In this document: positions 48,832-58,308 of the stretch, in pieces
Position numbering within the stretch: position 1 is the stretch's first letter
Layout: every line of letters begins with the position of its first letter
Source: Burkholderiales bacterium
GTDB taxonomy: Bacteria > Pseudomonadota > Gammaproteobacteria > Burkholderiales > SG8-39
NCBI GenBank assembly: GCA_041617635.1
Contig: JBFJOO010000006.1
Coordinates: forward strand, 18,756-82,755
Length of the DNA: 64,000 nucleotides
Direction: 5' to 3'
The notes under the pieces: model-generated
What the model saw: only the letters and a program-made list of their open reading frames with translations
The model's database searches: none
Told to the model about the DNA's origin: nothing
Translations under genes and position numbers: made by a program

Positions 48832-50229
48832 ATGACCGGCAATCAGCTCGCACTCTGGTACCTCGTCGCCTCGGTGCTCTTCATCCTGGCCCTCAAGGGG
48901 CTGTCCAGCCCGGCGTCCGCGCGCCGCGGAAACCTCTTCGGCATCGTCGGGATGCTCATCGCGGTCGCGTTCACGATGGCGATCGTCAAGAACCACACGC
49001 TCATAGTCCTCGCCATCGTGATCGGTGGAACGATCGGTGTGGTGGTGGCGCGGCGGGTCGAGATGACCCAGATGCCCGAGCTGGTCGCGGCGATGCATTC
49101 GCTGGTCGGCATGGCTGCCGTGCTGATCGCGATCGCCGCCGTCCACAATCCGTCGTCCTTCGGGATGATAGTCCCGATGCCGGCGGGCAACCGCCTCGAG
49201 CTATTCATCGGAACGTTTGTCGGGGCGATCACGTTCTCGGGCTCGGTGATCGCCTTCGGCAAGCTGGCCGGCCTTGGGAAGCATTTCCGCCTGTTCTCGA
49301 GCGCCCCGGTGGTCTTTCCGGGCCAGCATTTGCTGAACCTGGCTCTGGCCATCGTGATGATCGGCTTCGGGATCGCCTTTTTCATGGCATCGGATCAAGG
49401 CTGGATGCCGTTCGTCGTGATGACCGCGGTCGCTTTCGTGCTGGGCGTCCTGATCATCATCCCGATCGGCGGGGCGGATATGCCGGTGGTGATCTCGATG
49501 CTGAACAGCTACTCGGGCTGGGCGGCGGCAGGCATCGGCTTCTCGCTCGGCAACACGATGCTGATCATCGCGGGCTCGCTGGTCGGTTCGTCGGGCGCCA
49601 TCCTCTCGTACATCATGTGCCGGGCGATGAACCGATCGTTCTTCAGCGTGATCCTGGGCGGATTCGGTGGAGCGGAAGGCGCGGCTGCGGCAGGCGCCGA
49701 GCAGAAGCAGGTGAAGTCGGGGTCGGCCGAAGACCTCGGGTTCCTGCTAGCGAACGCCGAGAGCGTCCTGATCGTCCCGGGCTACGGTCTCGCGGTGGCG
49801 CGCGCGCAGCACGCCGTGAAGGAGATGGCGGAAAAGCTGATCGAGAAGGGTGTGAACGTGCGCTACGCCATTCACCCGGTGGCGGGCCGGATGCCCGGGC
49901 ACATGAACGTGCTGCTCGCGGAGGCCGAGGTGCCGTACGACCAGGTGTTCGAGATGGAGGACGTGAACAACGAGTTCGGCACGACCGATATCGCCCTCAT
50001 TCTCGGCGCGAACGACGTGGTGAACCCTCTTGCGCTCGAGAAGGGCAGCGCGATCTACGGCATGCCGATCCTGGAGGCGCACAAGGCGCGCACGGTCGTG
50101 GTCAACAAGCGCTCCATGGCGGCCGGCTACGCGGGGCTCGACAACCCGCTCTTCTACATGGACAAGACCATGATGGTTTTCGGCGACGCCAAGAAGGTGA
50201 TCGAGGACGTCGTCAAGTCCCTGGATTGA
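48832..50229 (+). CDS. pntB: NAD(P) transhydrogenase subunit beta
   Basis: MPELVAAMHS, GGADMPVVISMLNSYSG and HPVAGRMPGHMNV. Confidence 0.97.
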   Translation: MTGNQLALWYLVASVLFILALKGLSSPASARRGNLFGIVGMLIAVAFTMAIVKNHTLIVLAIVIGGTIGVVVARRVEMTQMPELVAAMHSLVGMAAVLIAIAAVHNPSSFGMIVPMPAGNRLELFIGTFVGAITFSGSVIAFGKLAGLGKHFRLFSSAPVVFPGQHLLNLALAIVMIGFGIAFFMASDQGWMPFVVMTAVAFVLGVLIIIPIGGADMPVVISMLNSYSGWAAAGIGFSLGNTMLIIAGSLVGSSGAILSYIMCRAMNRSFFSVILGGFGGAEGAAAAGAEQKQVKSGSAEDLGFLLANAESVLIVPGYGLAVARAQHAVKEMAEKLIEKGVNVRYAIHPVAGRMPGHMNVLLAEAEVPYDQVFEMEDVNNEFGTTDIALILGANDVVNPLALEKGSAIYGMPILEAHKARTVVVNKRSMAAGYAGLDNPLFYMDKTMMVFGDAKKVIEDVVKSLD

Positions 50230-50281
50230 GCGAGGGGGAAGCAGGTGGTTCTTGCGGGCCGAAACCGGTAGGTCACGAACA

Positions 50282-50323
50282 GGAGGAAACCGGCTGGTTT
50301 CCTCCCGTTACCCTCCTTCTCGC
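50282..50323. repeat. Palindromic element downstream of pntB (GGAGGAAACC-GGCT-GGTTTCCTCC plus leader)
   Basis: Perfect 10-bp stem. The minus-strand leader GGAGGGTAAC resembles the hairpin leader at 6440. Confidence 0.6.
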
Positions 50324-50356
50324 TGAACTGAGAACCGTCAGTATCTGCCAACGCTT

Positions 50357-51037
50357 ATGAGCATCGGGAAATCAGATCACGCGAGAAAGACCATCCTCGG
50401 GCGTATCCGGCGGGCGCAGGGGCACGGTGGAAAGGCGCCCACGAGCGACGAGCGCGCGGAGGTGGAGACGTACATCCGGGCGCACCCGCGCGGTCCGATT
50501 CCGCGCGTGGAGGACGACGTCGTCACGCGATTTCGCACCCGCGCGGAGTCCATGCAGACGACGACCGACACGGTCGGAGCCATGCGGGAGGCCCCGGCCG
50601 CCGCGGCACGCTATCTGCGGGCGGGGGAGTTGCCGATGACGGGGTGCGTCTGGCCGCAGCTCGCGCATCTCGACTGGCGCGGCGCGGGTTTCGAGCTTGC
50701 GGCGCGCGAGGCCGTCGGCACGGACCTCGTCGGCGTGACCGGCGCGTTCGCGGGGATTGCGGAGACCGGGACGCTCCTGGTCGTCTCCGGGCCGCAAACG
50801 CCGGCGAGCGCGAGCCTGCTCCCCGAGACGCACATCGCGATCGTGGAGGCGAGCCGCATCGTCAAGCACATGGAGGACGCCTGGGATCTCGTGCGCGCCG
50901 AGCTGGGCCAGTTGCCGCGCGCGGTGAACTTCATCTCCGGGCCTTCGCGAACCGGGGACATCGAGCAGGTTATCATCCTGGGTGCGCATGGTCCCTATCG
51001 CGTGCATCTGATTCTGGTGGGCGGACGTCCCGCGTAG
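50357..51037 (+). CDS. LutC/YkgG (LUD domain) protein
   Basis: GIAETGT, SLLPETHI and FISGPSRTGDIEQ...GAHGP. Confidence 0.9.
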   Translation: MSIGKSDHARKTILGRIRRAQGHGGKAPTSDERAEVETYIRAHPRGPIPRVEDDVVTRFRTRAESMQTTTDTVGAMREAPAAAARYLRAGELPMTGCVWPQLAHLDWRGAGFELAAREAVGTDLVGVTGAFAGIAETGTLLVVSGPQTPASASLLPETHIAIVEASRIVKHMEDAWDLVRAELGQLPRAVNFISGPSRTGDIEQVIILGAHGPYRVHLILVGGRPA

Positions 51038-51106
51038 TGGGGCCGCTTGCGGCCCGCGAGCGCGGGCATCGCTCGGACATCGGACTCCAAACCTCGAGCG
51101 GAACGC

Positions 51107-52312
51107 ATGGGCGAGTACTTCTTCCTGCCGAGCTGGCCGCTGGAGATCCCGCAGCTGTTCTGGCTCGGCGTCGTGCTGCTCGGGGCGACGCTGCTCGGCG
51201 AAGTCGTCGACCGGCTCTTCCGGTTGCCGCGGATCATCGGCTACGTGATTGCCGGCGCCGTGCTCGGGCCCGAAGCGACGGGTCTCCTGTCGTACACCGA
51301 AGTGCGGGGACTGCGGCCGTTCTTCGAGGTGGCGATGGGAATCGTCCTCTTCGAGCTCGGCACGCGCGTCGATCCGGGCTGGCTGCGCCGCAATCCGTGG
51401 CTGCTGGTAACGAGCGGCGTCGAGTCGGCGCTCGCGTTTGGCGCGGTGTTCGGGATCCTGCTGGTGGTCGGAACGAGCCCTCTCGTCGCCGCAGCGGCAG
51501 GGGCGATCGCGATCGCGACCTCGCCGGCAGTCGTCCTGACGGTCTCGCGGGAACTGCGTGCCCAGGGCCAGGTGACCAGCCGGCTACAGCTCCTCACCGC
51601 GCTCAATTCCGTCTACTCGTTCGTCGTGTTCGGCATTCTGTACGCGTGGCTGCACCTGGAGGAACGCGGCAACGTCGGGCTCTTCACGCTGCATCCGCTT
51701 TACATCGTCCTAGGCTCGGCGTTGCTCGCGCTGGTTTCCGCCAAGGCGCTCCTCACGCTCCTCGCGCGGCTCGGCCCGCGCGGCGACGTGCAGACGATTT
51801 CGGCGGTCGGCGTGGTGATCGTCACCGTCGCGGTGGCGATGGCGCTCAAGCTTTCGGTGGTCATGGCCATGCTCGCCCTCGGGATCCTGACGCGCGCGCT
51901 CGACCGGGACCGTCGCTTTCAGGCGGTTTCCTTCGGCTATGTCGGTCAGCTCTTCGTCATCGTCCTCTTCGCGCTGACCGGCACCGCGCTGCCGCTCGAC
52001 TTCGGCGCAACGGCGTTTGCCGCCGGTCTGGGTCTCGCCGCAGCGCGAGCGCTCGGCAAGGGTGTGGCGGTAGTGGGGCTCGCGCGCCCGAGCGGACTTT
52101 CTTACCGCAAGGCTTCGCTGCTCGCAGTGGGTCTACTGCCGATGTCCGGGGTCGCCGTGGTCATGGTGCACGAAGCCGGAACGATCTGGCCGGAGTTCGC
52201 ACCGGAGCTCGGCGCCGTCGTGCTCGCCGCGGTTCTGATAATGGAGCTGCTCGGCCCGCTCGCGGTCCAGTTCGCGCTGCGGCGGGCGGGCGACGCGCCG
52301 GAGAGGAGGTGA
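51107..52312 (+). CDS. Cation:proton antiporter (CPA2), no RCK domain
   Basis: GYVIAGAVLGP, LFELG and ATSPA, with about 12 TMs. Confidence 0.88.
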   Translation: MGEYFFLPSWPLEIPQLFWLGVVLLGATLLGEVVDRLFRLPRIIGYVIAGAVLGPEATGLLSYTEVRGLRPFFEVAMGIVLFELGTRVDPGWLRRNPWLLVTSGVESALAFGAVFGILLVVGTSPLVAAAAGAIAIATSPAVVLTVSRELRAQGQVTSRLQLLTALNSVYSFVVFGILYAWLHLEERGNVGLFTLHPLYIVLGSALLALVSAKALLTLLARLGPRGDVQTISAVGVVIVTVAVAMALKLSVVMAMLALGILTRALDRDRRFQAVSFGYVGQLFVIVLFALTGTALPLDFGATAFAAGLGLAAARALGKGVAVVGLARPSGLSYRKASLLAVGLLPMSGVAVVMVHEAGTIWPEFAPELGAVVLAAVLIMELLGPLAVQFALRRAGDAPERR

Positions 52313-52315
52313 GGC

Positions 52316-53437
52316 GTGGAACAGCTTGACTTCAAGCAGTCCGCGGCGCTTTCGATCGGCGTGGAGCTCGAGCTGCAGCTGGTCGAGACCTTCGGTTGCG
52401 ATCTGACGCACGCGGCCTCCGACCTGATCGCGCTCGCCGCGCGCAAACCGCATCCCGGGGAGATCAAGCCCGAGATCACCGAGAGCATGATCGAGATCGC
52501 CACCGGGATCCATCAGACTCACGCTGCGCTCGACACGGAGCTCAGAGCGATCCGCGACGCGGTGAGCAGCGCCGCTGAGACGCTGAACGTCCTGGTGTGC
52601 GGCGGCGGCGCGCATCCGTTCCAGCAATGGACCGAGCGCCAGATCTATGACCGGCCCAGATTCAAGCACCTGTCCGAGCTGTACGGTTATCTCGCCAAGC
52701 AGTTCACCGTGTTCGGCCAGCACGTCCACATCGGTGTGCCGCACGGCGACGACGCGCTCTACCTGGTTCACGCGATGTCGCGCTACGTGCCGCACTTCGT
52801 CGCGCTTGCCGCATCCTCGCCGTACTTCCAGGGTGCAGATACCCAGTTCGAGTCCTCGCGGCTGAACGCGGTGTCGGCGTTTCCGCTCTCGGGGCGTGCG
52901 CCCTTCGTCCTGCGCTGGAGCGAGTTCATCGATTACTTCACAAAGATGCAGGGGCTCGGCATCGTCGAGAGCATGAAAGACTTCTACTGGGACATCCGTC
53001 CGAAGCCCGAGTACGGCACGGTCGAGATGCGCGTGTGCGACACGCCGCTCACCGCCGAACGGGCCGCGGTGCTGGCGGCCTACGCCCAGACGCTCGCGCG
53101 CTTCCTGCTGATCGAGCGGCCGTTCCAGGTTTCCGAGGACCTGCACCTGCCGTACGGCTACAACCGATTTCAAGCCTGCCGTTTCGGAATGGATGGAGAT
53201 TTTATCGACCCGCTCGTGCAGTCCCACGTGGCGCTGCGCGACGATATCGCGGCGACGCTCGCGCGGCTGAAGCCGCACGCCACGGAGCTCGACACGGAGG
53301 GGCCGCTCGAGGATCTCGCGGCGGTCGCGCGCGACGGCACCACCGACTCGCGCTGGATGCGCGCTCGCTATCAACTGACCGGGTCGCTGCAGGATCTGGT
53401 CTGGCAGCAATGCCGGAAGTGGCGCGGAGACTCTTGA
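52316..53437 (+). CDS. YbdK family carboxylate-amine (gamma-glutamyl) ligase
   Basis: SIGVELELQ, FGQHVHIG, ASSPYF, YWDIRP and EMRVCD. Confidence 0.93.
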   Translation: MEQLDFKQSAALSIGVELELQLVETFGCDLTHAASDLIALAARKPHPGEIKPEITESMIEIATGIHQTHAALDTELRAIRDAVSSAAETLNVLVCGGGAHPFQQWTERQIYDRPRFKHLSELYGYLAKQFTVFGQHVHIGVPHGDDALYLVHAMSRYVPHFVALAASSPYFQGADTQFESSRLNAVSAFPLSGRAPFVLRWSEFIDYFTKMQGLGIVESMKDFYWDIRPKPEYGTVEMRVCDTPLTAERAAVLAAYAQTLARFLLIERPFQVSEDLHLPYGYNRFQACRFGMDGDFIDPLVQSHVALRDDIAATLARLKPHATELDTEGPLEDLAAVARDGTTDSRWMRARYQLTGSLQDLVWQQCRKWRGDS

Positions 53438-53459
53438 GCGACGCGCCGCCGCAAGCGAG

Positions 53460-54248
53460 ATGAGCCGACCCAGACCGCTCCGGATCGGGCTCTCCGCCCG
53501 GCTGATGCACCAGCCCCCGTCGGAGCTCGGGTTCCGGGACAAAACCCTCCAATACCTCGAGCAGTCGGTGGCGCACTGGATCATGTCGCAAGGTGCGCTG
53601 GTCTTCATGGTGCCGACGCTCGAGAGCGCCGCAGAAGTGCGGCGCGCCGCCGTGCACGTGTCCGACTACGTGCGCGAGATCGACGCGCTGGTTCTGCAGG
53701 GCGGCGCCGACGTCAGCCCGACGAGCTACGGGGAGGAGCCGCTGCGTGCCGAGTGGGCCGGCGACCGTGTCCGCGATCTCTACGAAATCGAGCTGCTATG
53801 GGAATGCGTGATCCAGGGGCGGCCGGTGCTCGGAGTGTGCCGCGGTGCCCAGCTGATCAACGTCGCGTTTGGCGGCACGCTCTACCAGGACATCGCGACG
53901 CAGGTGCCAGCCGCAACCCTGCATGTCGACCGGGCCGTCTACGATCTGCTCGCGCACGACATCGAGATCGAGCCGGGATCGGAGCTCGCGCGGCTCTATC
54001 CGGCGGCCGCCGGTGCGCGCGTGACCAGCATCCATCATCAGTGCGTCAACCGCCTGGGAAACGGCCTGGTGGTGGAGGCGCGCTCGCCGGCGGACGGGGT
54101 GATCGAGGCGATCCGCTATACCGGCGCGGGCGACGTGATGGGCGTGCAATGGCATCCGGAGTTCCACCCGCCCGGAGAGAGCCTGCTGCTCGACAGCGGG
54201 CCGCTCTTGTACGATTTTCTGCGCCGTGCGGAGGGGCGGCGGCGCTGA
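53460..54248 (+). CDS. Gamma-glutamyl-gamma-aminobutyrate hydrolase family (peptidase C26)
   Basis: LQGGADV, GVCRGAQ, SIHHQ and VQWHPE catalytic motifs. Confidence 0.92.
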   Translation: MSRPRPLRIGLSARLMHQPPSELGFRDKTLQYLEQSVAHWIMSQGALVFMVPTLESAAEVRRAAVHVSDYVREIDALVLQGGADVSPTSYGEEPLRAEWAGDRVRDLYEIELLWECVIQGRPVLGVCRGAQLINVAFGGTLYQDIATQVPAATLHVDRAVYDLLAHDIEIEPGSELARLYPAAAGARVTSIHHQCVNRLGNGLVVEARSPADGVIEAIRYTGAGDVMGVQWHPEFHPPGESLLLDSGPLLYDFLRRAEGRRR

Positions 54249-54258
54249 ACACGTGGAT

Positions 54259-56685
54259 CTAAGGCGGGGGGGCGCTGTTTCCATCGGCCAGAAATCGCCG
54301 CATTTCCCCGGGCGCGATTTCATGCAGCGCTTGCACCACGCCGACCCTGATCGGAGCGGCGTTGGAGGGGTGCGCGTGCACCTCGAACGCGTCCTGGGTG
54401 AACCGAAGATCAAGGCCCTGGCCGCGGTAGCGGATCGCCATCTCCAGGCGCGTGACCTCATCCGGCAGGCAGGGGTTGAACCACAAGGTATCGCTGCGCG
54501 TCTCGATGCCGGCGTAGCCCCGCTGCAGCAGGTCGACGACGCTCGCCATGGCTCCCAGGTGGACGCCCTCGGGCGTCGTGCCACCCTGGACGTCGGCGAT
54601 GTCGCTTTCCAGCGCTTCCTTGAAACGCTCCCACGAGCGGGCACGGCTCGAGCGGGCCAGCACCCAGGAGTCGACCACGCGGCTCAGTGTCGAGCCGTGC
54701 GAAGTGCGCGGCGCGTAGTACGCAATGTTCTGCGGGATGGTCGCGTACTCGAACGGATACCCGAGCCGCTGGAAGAGCTCGCCGAGCTCCTCTGCGGAGA
54801 ACAGGTAGAACAGCATGAGCACGTCAGCCTGCTTCGCCACCTTGTAACGGTCGACCGAATCGCCCTCGGCCTCGAGGATGCGGTCGAGGCGGTGGATGTC
54901 GCCGTACTTCTCGCGGTAGCGCTCCCAGTCCAGCTCGCCGAGTTCCTCGTAGCCTTCGAACTGGCTGATGATCCCGTCGTCGTGGAACACCACCCGCATC
55001 TTGCGGCTCACCTCGTCCCAATGCGCCAGCTCGTCGTCGTGCAGGTCGAGCTGCTCGCGGAGCTCCCGGCTGCGTTCCTTGGGTAGTAGCGCAAGCACCT
55101 CGCTCGCCCGGCACAACACCCACGTGGCCATGATGTTCGTGTAGCTGTGGTTATCCAGGCCCAGTCGGTCGGCGCCCAGCTCAGTGGTGTGGAACTCGTC
55201 CGGCCCCACCACGCCCCGGATCTCGTAGCGGTCGAGCTCCGCGTTGTAGGTGGCGACGCTCGCCCAGAAGCGTGCGATCTCCAGGAGCATCTCCGCGCCG
55301 TAAAACGACATCAGCTCCATGTCGCGGGTCGACTGATAGTAGAGCCAGATGTTGTACGCGATCGCTGCGTTGACGTGCCGCTGCAAATGGGTGTGGTCAG
55401 GGAGCCAGCGCCCCGACACCGGGTTCAGATGCAGCAGCTGGGTCTCTTCGCGGCCACTCGAGCCGCTCTGCCAGGGATACATCGCGCCGCGGTAGCCGGC
55501 GGCACGGGCATTGGCCCGGGCCTCGTTCAACCGGCGGTACCGGTACCTGATCAGGGCTCGGGTGATCTCGGGCAGGCGCAGATTGATGAGGGGGAAGATG
55601 AACAGCTCGTCCCAGAAGATGTGCCCGCGGTAGGCCTCGCCGTGCCAGCCGCGAGCGGGAACGCCGACGTCAAGGTCCAAGGTGTTCAGCGACGCGGTCT
55701 GCAGGAGGTGGAAGATGTGCAGGCGGATGATCAGCTGCGTTCGGTTCCCGGCGTGCTCGTCCCGCTCTTCGATGGTGATGTCGAAACGGCGCCAGAGCTG
55801 CTCCCAGGCGAGCGCGTGCGAGGCCGCAAGCGCCGCGAATCCGAGGGGCCGGCCGAGGGCCTCGCGGGCGGCGACCCCGCATTCGGAGATCGCGCGATCA
55901 CGCGAGGAGTAGAGCGAGGCGACCTTCTCGAGGCGCACCGTCTCGCCTTGCGCGATGCCGACCGAAAACTCCTGGGCGACGAATCCATCACCGCGCAAGA
56001 CCTCGGGTTCGAGTTGGAGTTCGTCCGCGTCGCGATACACGCGGATGCGCGCGGCTTGCGCGATCTCGAGACGCGATTGACTGGTGCGCGTCTTGAGATA
56101 AATCGTATCCGCGGTGACCGCCTCCGCGGCGATCGGCTCCAGATGGCGGCGGGCGAGCGCTCGGTAGCGCGCCACGCCAGAGTTCTCGATCCGCCCGTCG
56201 AGAGCGCTCCGCACCGCGAACTCGCCCGACCAGTTTTCCGCGGTCAGCGCGATCTCGATCGCGGCGAGGTGCGGCGCGCTCATGTGCACCAGGCGGCGCT
56301 CGGCGAGTCGGGTCACCCGGTCCGCGTGATCGCGCCAGCGGAGGTTGCGCTCCAGCATGCCGCGACGCAGATCGAGCGTTTGGCGATACTCGAGCAGCTC
56401 CACGTCTCGGAGCGCGAACCACTCGCTACCCACCCGAAAGTCGAGCCTGAGCCAGTTCGGCAGGTTGACGAGATCTTCGTTCTCGACCGTGCGGTCGTCG
56501 AGTTCGGTGGCGAGGCGGTTGTAACCCCCGGCGAGGTACGTGCCCGGGTAATGCACGTCATCGGCGCTGGCGGCGAGCACCGCACCCCGCGTGGCGAAGT
56601 AGCCGTTGCCGAGCGTGCACAGCGCTTCGCGCAGACCCTCCTGCCCCGGATCGAAGCCTTCGAATACGAGCAGCCAACCGTTCAC
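54259..56685 (-). CDS. Glycoside hydrolase family 65 (trehalose/trehalose-6-phosphate phosphorylase-like)
   Basis: TLGNGYFATRG, GEAYRGHIFWDE, GPDEFH, KQAD and HGSTLS. GTGA overlap with otsB. Confidence 0.93.
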   Translation of the reverse strand: MNGWLLVFEGFDPGQEGLREALCTLGNGYFATRGAVLAASADDVHYPGTYLAGGYNRLATELDDRTVENEDLVNLPNWLRLDFRVGSEWFALRDVELLEYRQTLDLRRGMLERNLRWRDHADRVTRLAERRLVHMSAPHLAAIEIALTAENWSGEFAVRSALDGRIENSGVARYRALARRHLEPIAAEAVTADTIYLKTRTSQSRLEIAQAARIRVYRDADELQLEPEVLRGDGFVAQEFSVGIAQGETVRLEKVASLYSSRDRAISECGVAAREALGRPLGFAALAASHALAWEQLWRRFDITIEERDEHAGNRTQLIIRLHIFHLLQTASLNTLDLDVGVPARGWHGEAYRGHIFWDELFIFPLINLRLPEITRALIRYRYRRLNEARANARAAGYRGAMYPWQSGSSGREETQLLHLNPVSGRWLPDHTHLQRHVNAAIAYNIWLYYQSTRDMELMSFYGAEMLLEIARFWASVATYNAELDRYEIRGVVGPDEFHTTELGADRLGLDNHSYTNIMATWVLCRASEVLALLPKERSRELREQLDLHDDELAHWDEVSRKMRVVFHDDGIISQFEGYEELGELDWERYREKYGDIHRLDRILEAEGDSVDRYKVAKQADVLMLFYLFSAEELGELFQRLGYPFEYATIPQNIAYYAPRTSHGSTLSRVVDSWVLARSSRARSWERFKEALESDIADVQGGTTPEGVHLGAMASVVDLLQRGYAGIETRSDTLWFNPCLPDEVTRLEMAIRYRGQGLDLRFTQDAFEVHAHPSNAAPIRVGVVQALHEIAPGEMRRFLADGNSAPPP

Positions 56686-57488
56686 GGCGCGGTCTCCGGC
56701 GCGGCGGTCAATGCGTCAAGAAAGGCGCCCACCTCGTCCGGATCGCGCAGCGCGTACGCTGCTGCCGTGGCGCGCGGCGAATCGAGCACGGCGACGCCGA
56801 TACCACGGCCGGCCAGCGCCCGAAACGCATCCTCGTCGGTGAGGTCGTCGCCGACATAGATCGGCAGCACGTCCTTCCCGTCGAGGTCGAGCGCGTCGAG
56901 CAGCCAGCGCACCGCGGCGCCCTTGTCCCAGGCGAGATCGGGTTGCAGCTCCAGGACTTTCTTGCCGTGACGCTTGCGCAGGCCGGGATGCTCCGCAAGC
57001 CCCGCGTCCACCGCAAGATGCACCGCTGGCACCTCGGCCTCGCGCACGAGCCGGTAGTGGACGGCAATCGTGAACCGCTTGCGCTCGAGAAGCACCCCGT
57101 CGATACCGCCGAGCGCAGCGCCCAAGTCGCGCTCGACGGCATCGAGCGTCGGTATCGCGCCTTGGGCCTGGGGAAGCGCCTGCTGCAGGCCCGCAGGGCC
57201 CGCGATGTCGAACCCGTGGCTTCCTGCGTAGATCAGATTCGCGAGCCCCACCCGCTCGCGAACGTCCAAGAGATCACGGCCGCTCACGACGGCCACCGGG
57301 CAGCGCGTCGCAAGGCGTGCGACCGTCGCACGCATGCGCTCTTGCATGACGGCATCGTGGGGACGGTCGACGATCGGAGTGAGTGTGCCGTCGTAGTCGA
57401 GGAACACGGCGAGGCGTTTCCCGCGCGCCATGGCCAGGATTTCTCCGATCCGATCTAGTGCCGATGGGATCGGATGACCCGCGCTCAT
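56682..57488 (-). CDS. otsB: Trehalose-6-phosphate phosphatase
   Basis: HAD motif FLDYDGTL, VSGR, YAGSHG, WDKG and GDDLTDEDAF. Confidence 0.93.
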   Translation of the reverse strand: MSAGHPIPSALDRIGEILAMARGKRLAVFLDYDGTLTPIVDRPHDAVMQERMRATVARLATRCPVAVVSGRDLLDVRERVGLANLIYAGSHGFDIAGPAGLQQALPQAQGAIPTLDAVERDLGAALGGIDGVLLERKRFTIAVHYRLVREAEVPAVHLAVDAGLAEHPGLRKRHGKKVLELQPDLAWDKGAAVRWLLDALDLDGKDVLPIYVGDDLTDEDAFRALAGRGIGVAVLDSPRATAAAYALRDPDEVGAFLDALTAAPETAP

Positions 57489-57524
57489 CGCTGACGTCAG
57501 GGTGTGCTCGCGCGATCGACCGGA

Positions 57525-57740
57525 CTATTCGCTCACCGGGCGGCAGTGGACGCCCACGACGTGCCGGTCGACGACGATCGCCTCCGGCTCCGCCTTGCCA
57601 AGAAGGATGAGCGTGATCCGCTCTTCCTTCACCTCGTGCATGACGTGTGCGACACGCACGCGCGTACCCCGCGCAATCTGCCGTCCGTCGACATCGGCCG
57701 GCTCGACGAACTCCATGACCTGCCCGACCTTGATTTCCAT
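57525..57740 (-). CDS. Small hypothetical protein (71 aa, beta-rich)
   Basis: AAGGGG RBS and natural composition. Fills the gap between EncFtn and otsB. Confidence 0.65.
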   Translation of the reverse strand: MEIKVGQVMEFVEPADVDGRQIARGTRVRVAHVMHEVKEERITLILLGKAEPEAIVVDRHVVGVHCRPVSE

Positions 57741-57783
57741 CGTTCAATCCCCTTGACCGAGCCGCCAACTCGCGGCCGATTCT

Positions 57784-58071
57784 CTAGTCGTGCGTCAGCG
57801 GCTTGTCGGTGAAAATGTAATCCCGCAGTTCGTGGTCGAACGCGGGATCGTGCCGGCGGATCCATTCGAGCACCATCGATGCGTGCTCCTTTTCCTCGTC
57901 GCGGTTATGCGCGAGGATGGCGCGTAGCTCGGCATCCTTGCACGCGTCGACCCGCTGGTTATACCAGTCCACCGCCTCGAGCTCCTCCATCAGCGAGACG
58001 ATCGCGCGGTGCATGTCGCGCGTCTCGTCGCGCAGCTCGTTGGCCAGCTCGTGGTAGCCCTCGTTCGCCAT
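57784..58071 (-). CDS. Encapsulin-associated ferritin-like protein (EncFtn/Flp)
   Basis: MHRAIVSLMEELEAVDWYNQR and HNRDEEKEHA ferroxidase motifs. Confidence 0.92.
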   Translation of the reverse strand: MANEGYHELANELRDETRDMHRAIVSLMEELEAVDWYNQRVDACKDAELRAILAHNRDEEKEHASMVLEWIRRHDPAFDHELRDYIFTDKPLTHD

Positions 58072-58199
58072 GTAGATCTCCTTTCCTCGTTGCAATCGCG
58101 GCGAGCGGATCGATCGCGATCGCGCTCATTCGCCGACTAACCGGTGCGAATGCCGGCATCCGGCCTGAAGGCATTGTGGATTCGCGGGTGAGGACGGGA

Positions 58200-58213
58200 T
58201 TGACCCAGATCAT
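58200..58213. promoter_or_regulatory. Putative FNR/CRP-family box upstream of EncFtn
   Basis: TTGAC-CCAG-ATCAT (8/10 to TTGAT-N4-ATCAA). A minus-strand -10-like CACAAT at 58178-58173 gives class II spacing. Confidence 0.5.
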
Positions 58214-58308
58214 ATAGCGTTGCCGCGACAACGCGGACGAGAACCGAATCGCGACTCGGAGTTGGCTTCTCGAAGCTGGGCAAGTTCGGCGACGATCTCC
58301 GCGGACGG

